A stretch of 64,000 nt of DNA from Leucoraja erinacea (taxonomy: Eukaryota), in NCBI RefSeq assembly GCF_028641065.1, contig NC_073400.1, positions 29,450,001 through 29,514,000 on the forward strand, written 5' to 3'. The notes below the pieces were generated by a model. It saw only the letters and a program-made list of their open reading frames with translations. It had not been told where the DNA came from and did no database searches. How positions within the stretch are numbered: position 1 is the stretch's first letter; every line of letters begins with the position of its first letter. A program made the translations under genes and the position numbers. Below are positions 37,501 to 51,100 of the stretch, piece after piece.

Positions 37501-40075
37501 CAGAACTCGCCAAGCCGTTATTTCTAATTTATTTAATTTCTTAATTTTAGATCAATTCTGATGTCCTCCATTTATGTTGAATCAGATTTGGAGAAGTGTC
37601 CTGACGCGAAATGCCTGAGACGCTGAGTTCCTCAATTAACTTGTTTGGTGATGAATATTAAAGAAACTGCACTGCACTAAGTCACAACTCAGTTATTGTC
37701 CATGTCCTGGACTGATTGCATCCTTTCGCCTTGAATCAAATGGTACACAATACAATAATAAATCCCTATTGTCACCAAACCAGTATCTTCGAATCCAAAA
37801 CTGCATTTTTTTAATCTGCAAGTTTATGTCTTCCTTTCTTGAATTTACAATAAATATTTTCTACTTTATCAATTCCTATCCAACAACTTCCCTTTTTCAT
37901 GTTTTTGTGTGTTCCTCTCGGTGCACCTGCAACGTTCTGTAAGAAACAAGCAGCTAGGTTGATTCACTGGAAAACAGGACCTGGAATAATGATGGAACAG
38001 TGTATCTTTAAACGTACAGAAAGGTGCAACCTATACAGGTACAGTAATTTACCTCTTCTGATTATTACTGGGAATGATGATCTATCAATACCAAAAAAAA
38101 TAATTAAAAGCACTATTCCTGATCTCCAATTAGACCCTTTACGTCTCTTGGAGTATATGTTGCATTTGTATTATCTGATTGTTCGATATCATTGATATAA
38201 ATACAATGTACAGGCCTAGAGGTGAAACATTTGGACAATCATAGTAATTCCACAGATTAACTACCATCTGACTTAAGAAGTTCCTCCTCATCTCCTTTTT
38301 AAAAGAGCACCCTTTAATTCCTGAGGCTATGACCAATGGAAACATCCTTTCCACATCCACTCTATGCTTTTCATTATTCTTTAAGGTTCCCCCTCAACCT
38401 TCTAAACTCTAGCGAGCACAGGCCCAGTGCTGTCAAACGCAGTCAATAGAGAATGCATAAAGATATCAGAGTCCATTTAAGCACGAGAGTGCCAACATAA
38501 TGCTCACTGACAAGATTTATCTAATACTCAAAATTTGTCCCCCAGCCCTTACTTCTCAAGCCGAGCAAGCACTCTGTAAAGATTCATAGAATAGGAAATA
38601 GGCAGCAGGAAGGTTGATCATGAGACTAGGCCGAGCCTGCACAAAACATCTGGCCGGAAGAGTTTCACATTTCTGTTTCCTCAAACAAAATGATGTGTGG
38701 CTGATAGGAAACACATAAATACAGTAAAGAAATGTAAATGCGGTCAATAAATAGAGGAATTTATTTGACAGTCTACTCCAAAATATAATTACGAATTAAA
38801 ATCTTGGCAGCAATGGATAACACCAATCCAAGTGAGGGGCTTATAGTCAATGGTGAAATGAGGAACAACATGTTCTCAGAACAGAAATGTGGAACAAGAT
38901 TTGTGGAAGCTAGATTGTGAAACGACTGTGAGATCATTGACAGAGACTGACCCTCAGTTTGAATTTCACAATGTGTAATTGACAATTTAAAAAATATATG
39001 TTTTTCATATTTTGATGGGTGGCACAGTGGTACAACTAGCAGAGCTACAGGCTTACAGAGGAGAGAGACCCGAGTTCGAGCTGACCTCGGGTTCTGTCCG
39101 TGTGGAGTTTGCACGTTCTCTCTGTGACCACGTTGGTTTTGCCCGGGTCTTCCGGTTTCCTGCTACATCCAAAAGACTTGCGAGTTTGTAAACTAATTGC
39201 CCTCTGTAAATTGCCCAGAGTGTTAAGGAAGTGTGTAGACACTTGTGTTTGAACATGTGATGGATGGTCGGCGCGGACTGATTGGGCGGAAAAACTTGCT
39301 TCTATGCTAAATCTCTGAACGAATCATCCAATAATATAACATGATGCAATGCGTTAACGTGTTAACAGGTTTGGAGAATAGCAACACAGGGGATTCCTGC
39401 GAATTGTGTGGTGAGCCTGGAAAGATTGTTCTTAACCCACCCAAAAATGTTGGGTATCAAAGGAAACTTGTCATCAGCAGCACGAGGGATGTAGATTAGA
39501 GCCCTAGGTGAAGCAGGCAATCGCTTTCAATTACCCTAATTTCCTTAGACATTACCAATCCTGATGACACCTTAATCCTGCCTCGTTCATCTTCCTGTCG
39601 GTCAATTAAAGTTGGATTCCTTTTTGTTTGCTGAGCGCAACGGAGAGGACTTTACAGTCATAGAGTGATACAGTGTGGAAACAGGCCCTTCGGCCAACTT
39701 GCTCACACCGGCCAACATGCCCCAGCTACACTAGTCCCACCTGCCCGCGTTTGGCACATATCCCTCCAAACCTGTTCTCGCAATGTGCCAGTCCAACGGA
39801 TAGTCCCTGCCTCAACTACCTCCTCTGGCAGCTCGTTCCATGCACTCACTACCCTTTCTTTGAAAATGTTATGCCTCAGATTCCTAGTAAACCTTTCCCC
39901 CGTCGCATTAAACCTACTCAAATTTAATGTGTGATATTTCATCGGCCACTGTCACGTTTCCTGTTGCATTCTTCCACGTTTATATTGCATTAATATCTGT
40001 GGTCTTGGGAAATAATTTAGCTCTGAGGCCAAAAAGCTGAACAACAAGCTTTGGCCTGGTCGTTTGGATAAAACC

Positions 40076-43000
40076 ATGTGGATTCTGATACTTCTCATTA
40101 GCTACTTGCCCGGTGAGTAACGTTCAGAATTGGACATTCTGATAAATAGTATTAGTTTGCCTGTTTCCGCTGCAGAGATGGTTTAAAAATGTCTAGACAC
40201 GTAAAGCTGCAAATGTTCAGCATACATTGTAATAATATGACTAGTATTGGAACATAGTCACGTAAACTCCCTGTCTATAACATGGTACCACACAAATCAT
40301 CACCTATGTATCTGACTCATATTTCACTTGGGCGGCTTACAACACAACGGCATGATTATTCATTTCTCTAACTTCAAGTAACCCTTGCATTCCCTCTCTC
40401 TGTGTCAATCCCCACCTTAGTCCTCTTGTTAACTTCACCTCTTTCATTCATTCGGCATCACCTCATCCCCAACCAACAATAGACCATTGTGGACTCCACA
40501 TGATTAATTGATGCAGGCTCTGTGTTGCTCTGTACTTTCCCATGCCTTTATTTTGCCCCTCCCTGACTCACGGTCTGGTGAAGGGTCTCGACCCAAAATG
40601 TTTCCTATTCCAATTTCTCCAAAGATGCTGCCTGATCCGCTGAGTTACTCCAGCATTTTCTGTCTATCTCAGACCATGGTTGATTGTGAAATAAACAAAA
40701 TGGGAGTTTATTTTCTGAAAGTTCATCTAAGTAATATAATCAAAGTGTAGTGGCGCCCATTCCATTTGTAAACACTAACAGTTCTCTCGTTCTAATTTAA
40801 AGCAGTAGTGAAATAACATCGTCTCCAATTATACTACACCGATTGTTTAAAGTGAAATGTATGAAAAATGAAATGGCTCCGGAACATGGATGAAGAAACA
40901 CAATGAGGGGCTTGACTGCGATGACAGCAATCTCGACATTAGTAATATATATTTTTATTTTAGTCTAATCTTGTTGTAGTCCACGATAATTCTTCTGCTC
41001 CCGTTGTCAAATGGAACTTTTGCCAATGTCACTGATTGTCAAAGCCATCATTTATGGTCTTGAACTCAATGTCTTTCTGGGCCATTAGAGGCGGACAATT
41101 AGTCAAGTCAAGTCAAGTCAAGTCAAGATTATTTGTCACATACACATACGAGATGTGCAGTGAAATGGTCACATATATTGCTGGGTTTGGAAGGTGGCGT
41201 ATAAAGAGGAGAGAGGGGGGTGGGGAGGCTCCAGCAGGGGCAGGTAAGTGGCAGGTGCACCTGGAGAGGGTGAGGGATGATGGGTGGAAGGTGAGGAGGG
41301 GGCGGGGGGGATTTGATGCCAGTGTGCGGTATGGGGAAAAAGACAAGGGGATAAACGAGGTTCAAGTGAATTGGATGGAGATATCTGGTAGTGAGGAGAA
41401 TACAGGGCAACATTACCTCCGACACTGCCGCACTCCCTCTGTGGGCGGCACGGTGGCGCATGGGTAGAGTTGCGGCCTCACAGCACCAGAGACCTGGGTT
41501 CGATCCGGCCGACGAGCGCTGTCTGTGCGGAGTTTGTCGGTTCTCCCTGTGTGTGTGGGCTTTCTCCGGGTGCTCTCCGGTATCCTCCCGCACCCCCAAA
41601 GCGTGCAGATTTCTGTAAAAATGAATATTGTCCCCCGTGTGTGTCAGATAGTGCTAGTGTATGGGGTTCGCTAGTTGGCGTAGAGTAGGTGGAACGAAGG
41701 GCCTGTTTCCACGCTGTATCTCTAAAGTAAAGTCTAAAGTCAGTACATCAAGGCCATGCATGGTGAGGGAGAACGGATCGTGGGATTTCCGAGGAGGCTT
41801 TGGCTCCCCTCCACCCCACCCACCCCACCCCACCACACCCGCACCATTACCAGCCCCACACCACCCCACGCTCCAATCCCAACTCTCTTCCAGCTATCCG
41901 CACCCAACCCCAAATAGTCTGAAGAAAGGCCCTGGTCAGAAACGTCTCTTGCCCATTCCCTTCTCTGTCGAGTTACACCGGGACTTTGTGTTTGGCCCAC
42001 GTGTAAGTGAATGTCCAGATACTGGTTGGACCATTTGCACCTTCGTTGGTAGGGGAAGAGGGGGTGGGCCAACAATGTGTTCAGCAGATGTGTCCTCTAC
42101 ATTCTCCTCTCAGTTTCAGGACCTGGATAGGTGACATTTTGGATAGCGACGCTTCTTCAGACCCAATACGTCACTAATCCATGTTCTAAGGAGATGATGC
42201 CTGGCCCGCTGGATTTCTCCAGCAGTCTGTGACTTGTTTCGGATCGGGGCCCTTATTCAGACTGCAAATAACCCAATTGCCTGCAGCTCTATACCTATGC
42301 AATAATGGTGAGTTGCAATCAAATTGAACTGTGAAATGTAACTTGCAGTTGATGTTGCCTAGTTTGGAGAAGATGTCGAATAATGAATGCGAAGGAATAT
42401 ATTTGAAAGGACAGCGAGGATGCTCAGTATTTTCTGACAGTATTTGATATTTCGTGTCAGTACCGCAAGTCCAGAAAGCCAGAGGTGCGAGGGAAGAAAT
42501 CAGTAAGTCTGGACAAACGATCAGCTTTTTTGACGTAACTGAATTTAATCTCCTATCTCAACAGACCTTGAATATCCTTGTGAAACCATAACAACGGAAT
42601 GGACAACGGCGCCATCTGAGAATGCAAAAATAACATCGAACAGTAACCGATACAGGTCCTTTGAAAGGTACAATGTTCTCAATTGATCAGTGTTGCGTCT
42701 GTAAGAGACCTGCTTCGAAGAGTCTAGTTTAGTTTAGAAATACAGCATGAAACAGACCCACCGCACAATCGACTCGACGTCGACAAATAATCGTGACTCT
42801 GTCCTACATTCTAGGGACAATTTACAGAAGTCAATTAACATAGAAACTGGCCAGCGCGTTTTTTGGAGTGTAGGAGGAAGCCAAAGCACCCGGTGAAAAC
42901 CCACGCGGTCACAGAGAGAACGCACATACTACGGACAGAGAAAACCCATAGTCAGGATCGAACCCGGATCTCCGAGGCAGCAACTCTATCGCTGTCCACT

Positions 43001-44229
43001 GTGTCGTCCCTGAGTCGCAGAGAGAAACAATGCAGAAAAAATGCCCATTCGGCCCATCATACCAGTGCCGACTATCAACCACTCATTTACACTCATCCAT
43101 CTTTTATGGCTTTCATTATTTCCCCCACATAATGATCACCTCCCCCAAAACATACAAGTCGGGACAGAGCCCTCTAGTGGTGACTGTAAGGTCAGTCTTA
43201 CCCAGACACAACATATTTCCCCCTCCTTGTAGATAAAGGCGATCATTTAAGTCCAGTTATCCAATCAAATATATGTTTTCCCCCGAATGAGTCGGGGGGA
43301 CATCTTGACTGGTTTTGACCTAGTCATTTTGCCTTGCATAAAATGCACTTACAGGCTCGGAACAACCAGAGTCGATTGTGAGTTATTTAACCGTCAAACA
43401 CAAGAACATATGACATTTCGTATTCCTATTCTGAACCTATTGTAAGTATCTTATTGAATAAATAACCATCATAAGCATTAGCATTGCCCACTCTCGTAGT
43501 GCACTCCTCAAAAGTTCAATAATGTTTCTCAAGCAAGATTTTCTCTTTTAAAGTCCCCGTCTATTATTCATTATAATTCTTATTTTCTTCATATCATCCC
43601 GTTTTCTCAATCAGTCAGGATTCTATCCCTGAAGATCAATCGCAGGCCTAATTGCTGGATCATATCTGCTTCAGTAGATATGGGCAGTGGGAAGGAGAAG
43701 TGGAATAGCAACTCTTACTTGGGATATTGCAATTCGATTGGAAATTGGAAGAGCCAGCAGATAGTTGAGGGATATTGTGCAAATTCAGGCAACAAGGGCT
43801 AGCCCAGAATGTCAATTTGGTCCGTTTTACAAGGTGGGGCGCGGGGGAAGGGTAGGGGGGCAAGGCCACTTTTCCATGCTTTGACCCAATAATTCCAAGC
43901 TGCTCTGGTCAATGAAGATTACAGAGGAAGCAGGAGATAAATGTTGCAAAGACAAAGCAATTCCCTTTCCTCCCATTGACGTTATATATTGTCTTCTTTC
44001 CTCAGTTGCATGATATGGAAAGTGGGGCGATGGGTGCTCTTTGCCCTGCTGGTGGTGTGGACTATTTCAGTTACATGGTACACAAGAAAACCCCAGGTAG
44101 GTTTTAATGGGCATCGGTGGAATCGCTGAATGCTCCAAAATGCTTTCAAATATACAGGCCAGTCACGAATCACCCACGAATCCTATTGAAACCAAAACTC
44201 ATTTTCAAAATTTTCAGTTCCGTGAGTAA
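40076..44229 (+). pseudogene. Gene C: Ig-less activating-type receptor (pseudogene or mini-receptor). Exons 40076-40112 leader, 42565-42667 stalk, 44006-44096 TM, probable terminal exon 44218-44229
   Basis: Leader MWILILLISYLP with GTGAGT donor; stalk DLEYPCETITTEWTT...; TM CMIWKVGRWVLFALLVVWTISVTWYTRKPQ. No V or C2 exon found in between; an orphan V-type acceptor ctcagtttcag lies at 42109-42119. Confidence 0.75.
41443..41740 (+). mobile_element. tRNA-derived SINE (HE1-like)
   Basis: A/B boxes, core and tail. Confidence 0.75.
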
Positions 44230-44314
44230 TATTATAGAACCTTTGTTGGCAAAATGAATTGCAGAGCGCAATGCGGTTAATGTCAGAGTCCTTGAGCCAG
44301 TTTCATAATTCATT

Positions 44315-44750
44315 TACGTCCAACTCCCTCTTAAATATAGCCAATGAACTTGCCTCAACTACCTTCTGTGGCAGAGAATTCCATAGATTCACCACTCTCT
44401 GTGTGAAGAACAACATTCTCATCTCGATCCTAAAAACTTCCCCCTTATCCTCAAACTGTGACCCCTTGCTCTGGACTTCCCCAACATCGGGAACAATCTT
44501 CCTGCATTTAGCCTGTCCAACCTCTTAAGAATTTTGCAAGTTTCCATAAGATCCCTCCTCAATCTTCTAAATTCTAGCGAGTACAAGCCGAGTCTATCCA
44601 ATCTTTCTTCATATGAAAGTCCTGACATCCCAGTAATCAGTCTGGTGAACCTTCTCTGTACTCCCGCTATGGCAAGAATGTCTTTCCTCAGATTAGGAGA
44701 CCAAAACAGTACGCAATACTCCAGGTGTGGTCTCACCAAGGCCCTGTACA
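44315..44750 (-). mobile_element. CR1/HER1-like LINE fragment
   Basis: ALVRPHLEYCVLFWSPNLRKDIL...; near-identical to 12-440. Confidence 0.88.
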
Positions 44751-44958
44751 ACTCGTCCTTGATTATGCTGCTGGCCTTGCCAAAGCAACGTGAGGTACGA
44801 ATGGAGTGAAGGAAAGAAGGTTGGTTTGTGTGATTACCATCAATCAGCAAAATTAGTTTCAGTCTTATTTGTTAGAAATAATCAAGGGCATGTTGTGATG
44901 TAAGGTCTCAGACATCAGCTGGTCCTTTGTGCGTTTTTGACTAGACTGCCTGCTGCCT

Positions 44959-44970
44959 ACTTCCTCATTT
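44959..44970 (+). promoter_or_regulatory. PU.1-like ETS site (AAATGAGGAAGT on the minus strand) about 100 nt upstream of the gene D ATG
   Basis: Motif match; same position as GGAA sites of the other leaders. Confidence 0.4.
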
Positions 44971-45063
44971 CTATTCCATTTATAATGTAAGTGTTTTTGT
45001 TAACTTTGAGGACAAAGAGCTGAGGGACAAACAGGTGTTGCCCTGGTCTCTACGAATCAAGCA

Positions 45064-45100
45064 ATGTGGGTTCCGATTCTTCTAATTTGTTCCTTGCCGG
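45064..45100 (+). CDS. Gene D leader exon (MWVPILLICSLP)
   Basis: 37 nt, GTGAGT donor. Confidence 0.85.
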
Positions 45101-48100
45101 GTGAGTAACAAACACAGTGAGATACTTCGATATTCAATTTTCTTTTGCGCCGTTTCCGCGTCAGAGATGGTTTTAAAATGCTGGTGCTTTAGACTTTAGA
45201 GATACAGCGTGGAAACTGGCCCTTCGGCCCACCGCACGGACCAGTAATCACCCCGCACACTAGCACTATCCTACACTCTAGGAGCAATTTACTGTTAACA
45301 AGAGCCAATTAACCTACAATCCCGAAGGTCTTTGGACAGTGGGAGGGAATTGGAGCAGCCGTGTCACAGAGAGAACTTACAAACTTCGAATAGACAGCAG
45401 CCGCAGTCAGGATCGATCCTGAGTCTCTGGCGCTGTTATAAGGCACCAACTCCACCGCTGCGCCACTGTGCGCCCTAATTCCAAGGATAGAAATTAATAC
45501 CGATGATGGATTATTTTCCCACATGTTACTTGTTCGTTAACATTCGTTGTTTCCATAAACTAAGGCACTGTCTGATTCATCTCTCCCCCACTGCGGACAC
45601 TGGACTTTGCCTTTGGAACTGGTGCGCTACAATGCCAAGAGCTATAGCCTGCATTCTATTAATCCCCCCTCGCTTTGCCTATTGTACTTGAGTTTGTCTT
45701 GATTGTATTTATGTACAGTATTATCTGGTTAGATTGATAGCACGCAAAACAAAACTTTTCGCTGGATCTTCGTACACGTGGCACTAATACACATCAACCT
45801 ACTTCCCTTTTAACTGCGCCACGAATAAAGACAAATAGTCGCAAAATGATCTGTCTTAGTTTGATATGATAATGTAAAGATTACAAGTTATAGGAGTAGA
45901 ATTAGGCCATGCGGTCCATCGAGTCTACTCCGCCATTCAATCATGGCTGATCCCTGCCTCCATTTTTCCTGCCTTCTCCCCATAACCATTGACACCCGTT
46001 CTAATCAAGAACATTCAATTTCTGCCTTAAAAATATCCCCTGACTCGGCCTCCACAGCCCTCGGAGGCAATGTGTTCCACGGTTTAACTACCATCTGACC
46101 AAAGCAGTTCCTTCGCACCTCCTTTCTAAAAGAGCGCCATTTAAATCTGCCCTTATAACCTCTGGTCCTAGACTCTCCCACCAGTGGAAACATCCTTTCC
46201 ACATCCACTCTCTTCATGCCTTTCATTATTCTCTAAGTTTATTAACCGTGATTTAGCAGCAAAAAATATCTGAATGAATGGAAAATGTCCTCTTCCATAA
46301 AGGGTAATGTTTCTAATGCGCTCTGGCTATCGTTGAAGGAACAGTGGAATTAATATCCCAAATCGTTAAATTGAAGAGAGTGCAGGGACGATTCACAAGG
46401 ATGTTACCGGGACTGGAAGACGTGCGGTATAAGGAGAGGTTAGATAGGCTGGAGGCACTACAAACTGTCGGAATCTTGAGCAAATAAATACAACTAGACT
46501 AAGTGGGACCCGTTGGGTCCCATGTTCACACGGGAAGCTGGTCCTCAAAAGCAATATTCCACCTCACCACCAATTCCAATATTTCTGGCCAGTGGTGGGG
46601 GGTGGATGGGGAGGGGGTGCTTTCTGGAGAGCTAGTATGGGTTTTGTGGGTCGAAGGGACTGGTTTCCGTAGGGGCTAGTATGGACATTGTGGGCCGAAT
46701 AGATTGTTGGGCCGGCAGCTCAGTCACTCAGGCCTGGTGAGCTAGCAGCTCAGCTACTCAGGCCTGGTGGGCTGGCACCTCAGTCACTCAGGCCTGGTGG
46801 ACTGGCAGCTCAGACGCTCAGGCCTGGTGGGCTGGCAGCTCAGACGCTCAGGACTGGTGGGCTGGCAGCTCAGTTACACAGGCCTGGTGGCTGGCAGCTC
46901 CGAAACTGCCAGAAATTCTGCCCAAAACAGGCGGGAGAGTGTGAGAGAGAAGGGGGAGAGGGTGGAGAATCAATTTTAGAAATTTTTCATCTTTTTCTGC
47001 AGATCACAGCAGTGAAGGTGGAAATTCTATCGTGGCCTGGATCTCACAGGGAGCAAAGGAAGGGAGGGAGAAAAATACTGGGGTGAGGTTTAATGCTTGC
47101 AGGGGGAATGCTTACTGATGGTCCGAAGGGACTCCTGGGCTAGTACAGGCCTGATGAGTCAAAGGGACTATTTAGTATAATCTGAGTGAGATCTAAGTGA
47201 AAGGCACTTTTTCTGTAGTTTTCCTGGCCTCGCATGGGACAAAATGCTCCTCCTGGGCTAATACGGGCATTTTAGGCAAAAGCGATTGGTTTCTCGGCTA
47301 ATAGGGGCCGAAATTAATGGTTTCAGGCAGGCCAAACAACTAATTTTATTTCATTTCCAATTGCATTGCAGTTTCAAGCACATGGCAGGCCAAGCCAAAC
47401 AGCAGATTGCATTTTCACTTCATTTCCATTGCCATTGCACTTTCAAGCACAGGGCAGGCTCAAGCCAAACAGCTCATTGCATTTTCACTACATTTTCATT
47501 GCCATTGCAGTTTCAAGCAGGCCAAACAACTAATTTCATTTTCAATGAGGGCTCACAAATCATTTATTCAAGTACATTGCATACTCACGGTGTTCTGTAG
47601 TATCCCAGTTCAGGCAGAGAGTCGTGACCTCTCCCTCGCCATCTTGTAGACAGACTGAGCCACGCCCACAATTCTGGGTTTTATACTCCCTCCCCACTCC
47701 CATCGGAAGGGACGTGGTCTTCATTACGTGATTGACAGGAGAGAGAATCTCAAGATTTATAAAATACTAATAAGTCTTTATTTTTCATTGATGGGAAACA
47801 TCCTCGGGGCCTGCGCAGTGGAGGACTCTGAGTAAGATGGGCAAAAAATCACAGCCATATGTGGTAGCGTTTTTTCTAAAATCAAAGCAGAGTCCAAACA
47901 GGAAGTGATCAAGATGACACCTTTAATTACATAGATGCCAGAGGAATTCAGCTGGTCGGGTTTGCATTGTGTTTGCCTTTAAAATTACCCCTCAACCCCC
48001 CCAACCCCCATCCCTTCTTCAGTTTCAGGCGTGTTGTGGGGAGACGGGTTGTTGTCGGCAGCTGTGGGAAAAGCGATCACAACCGACTGCCATTATGATG

Positions 48101-51100
48101 AAAAATATGGATCAAACACGAAGTACTGGTGCCGAGGGAAGAGGCGCCAGTGTTCCCTTTTAGTGGAAACAGACGGGAAACACGGACGGAGTGGAAGAAT
48201 GTCAATCACAGATAACCCAGCACGAGGAATATTTACTGTGACTGTGGAGGATCTTATCTTTGAAGATAATGGTTGGTACAGCTGTGGAATTACAACACCT
48301 GGCGAGGATCAGATATTCAGCACAGAGCTACGTGTGTATCGCGGTACGTTTATCAGCCATGTACTTGACCACTCCACTGAAATGCCAGATCCATGTTTTC
48401 TCCGGGAAGGGTCAGGGCAGCACAGATATCCCGAGGCTCCGCAGCAGTGCAGAGACCTGCGGGGAAACCCCACTCATGTTGCTCTCACCCAGTGCGGGCT
48501 CTGTCCCACTGAGTGGCCACCCACTTCAAGTGGGATGCTCAGCACATTTCCCTGCCTCCGAACTGTATGAAATGTCACCCTGTCAGAGGTTTGCATTCCG
48601 ACTCAAACTAATAATCCGACAGATCAGTGAGAAACAAGTGTTGCTCACAGTCTAAATATCTGGAGAATCATAAACAGGGAATCAGTCCCTAGAGATCAAC
48701 AGACTGCGTTCAGTCCTCCCGGAGCAGGTCAGCCCGCTCCCCGCCCCCACCTCAGGGATCAGTCATTCCCTCCGCACACCGACGTCTCTTTCACTCTCTC
48801 CCTCTGCCCCATCAATGCGCCCCCACCCCCAGCAACCACTGCCCACCCACCGCCCGGCAACTAGCCAGCCTCTCCCTGATGGGAGCCAGATTGCAACCTT
48901 GATTTTCACAGTGAACCATCCTCAGCTTCATCGCTGCTCATCCGATCTAAAGCGCTGCTGTGCACTGCAAACGCTATACACATGGAGAGGTACATCAATT
49001 GGAATGTATTCGAGGGATATGGGCCAAATGTGGGCGGGGGGTCTAGTGTAGATGGGACATGTTGGTCGGCATGACCAGGCGGGGCCCAAAGGGTTACCAC
49101 AGTGTATGACTATAGCTCTAATAGCAGACTTGGTAGCTTGGGCAGTTGGGAGGAAGCAGTGAAACAGAGAGATTTTAACATTTGGAGAAAAAGCGCTGAA
49201 ACAAGCCTTTCGCCCCACCAGCGATCTCCGCACACGAGCACTATCCTACACACACTCGGGACAATTTACGGTTATACCAAACCAATAAGCTTGCAAACCC
49301 GTTCGGCTTTGGAGTGTGGGAGGAAACCAGAGCACCCGGAGCAAACTCGTACGGTCGCAGCGAGATCGTACAAACTCCGTACGGAGAGCACCCGTAGTCA
49401 GGATTGAGGATTAAAAGGCTGATGCTCTACCGACGGAGGTATTCAGACTCTTAATGGGTAGGGGTGGATGAGATTGTGAGATTCCAACGACGAAAGACAT
49501 GGACATCCGACAGTGTTTGACTTTTTCAGGTGTAGGAAGGAACTGCTGATGTTGGTTTACACCGATGATGGACACACACACGCTGCAGCAAGTTAGCGGT
49601 CAAGCAGCATCTCTGGAGAAAAATAATAGGTGACGTCCGGGTCGACTGAGATTCAGGGGAGAGGGGAACTAGAGACATGAAAATGTACAATGCATGAAAG
49701 GTGTGTTGAAAGAACAAATCAAAGTCAGCCAGATGAACATGGAAAGGCGGAGCCCACAATGATCCATTGTGGATTCAAACAGTTAAACTAAACAAGACGA
49801 CAAGGAAATCAATCGGACCGACTAGGGTGGAGGAGGGAGGGAGGGAGTTAGATGAAAAGCAATGGTTTCCTCAACATCTATAAATTAAAATCTATCTTTG
49901 AATTTCAGGTATTCACTCAGTGTTTGATTGTTTGCCCATTTCCCACAGAATTCGTGTCTGCTCCAGTGCTTAGGTTTGCATCGCCAGCAAATGTCTCCTG
50001 TGTCGGAGGCTCGGTGTCAGTGTCCTGCGAGTCTTACTCGGGAACCCGTCCCATAAACTACACCTGGTTTGAGAAGGCCCCGTCCACGGATTTAATGACC
50101 TCCAACACCAGTGTACTGGACATCCATTGCCAGTCCTTGCAATACGACCACCATCAATATTACTGCACAGCCGCAAATATTCAAGGGGAAACAACCGGTG
50201 AAGTGTTGGACGTGGAGACCATCTCCATGGGAGAAGATAACTGCAGTTATGTGATGCGACTCAGTAACTCTGGTAAGTGGTGGAGCGAGTGACCAGCTTA
50301 GTCTTGCCGAAGGGCAATTGGCTTAGTCTTGCCGAAGAGCAAGTGCCGCGTAATCGCCAACTCCTGCACCTATTGTCTATTGCCTATTGTCTATTGTCTA
50401 AAAGGCCGAGGCACACGTCAAGCATGTCCGTGACATTGACGTTACAGAGTGAAGGAAGGAACTGCAGATGCTGGGTTACACTGATAATAGACACAATATG
50501 CTGGAGTAACTCAGCGGCTCAGGCAAGGAATCTCTGGAGAAAATGACGTTTCCAGTTCCGACCCTTCTTCAGGCTGGGAAGCAGTTTATTTCAATGCAAC
50601 CATTTGTTTTGTGCAGTACTGTCGGAGGTTGCATTAGATGCAATATAGCTTGATTTGTTCATTAGGGAGCGCAGCTGGTAGCACGCAACATAAGCTTTTT
50701 CATTGCACCTCGGTACACGTGACAATGAACCAAACTAAACTAAGCGTCAAAGGTTACGGGGAGAGGGCAGGAGAATGGTGTTAGGGGAAAAATAATCAGC
50801 CATGGTCGAACGGCGGCGTAGATGCGATCGATTGAATGGCCTAAATCGACGCCTGTGTGTTATGGTCTTATCTCGCCGTGTACTCGACGCTTTGCTGGGT
50901 CCATGGCTCCAATGGGTGCTGGTTCTTCAGAAATGGGCCTCTCAATGTTGACAAAGAGCAGTCGCCTGGCTGGAATATCCTCTGAAATTGGATTTGGTGT
51001 CCAGCTAAGCTGAGCCCTTTAAATGCCCCCCATAGCAACCCTGATCCTCGGAGATGGGGAAGAACCAGGAATTCCACATGTGTGTTGGCGGTATCGTTCA

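Larger units (their letters stand above)
46494..47935 (-). mobile_element. Non-autonomous Helitron
   Basis: On the minus strand it starts TC and ends CTAG, inserted between A and T; 8-bp hairpin TGGGACCC-GTT-GGGTCCCA 10 nt from the 3' end; internal tandem repeats. Confidence 0.75.

Noticed and set aside
40076-40112. Alternative first exon of gene D
   Set aside because: It is followed by its own V acceptor, stalk and TM exons before the gene D leader, so it belongs to a separate gene. Occasional splicing to the gene D V exon would be in frame and is not excluded.
46711-46900. CRISPR-like array or coding repeat (ORF 46767-46979)
   Set aside because: Contiguous tandem units without unique spacers in a eukaryotic context; it is a minisatellite inside a Helitron.
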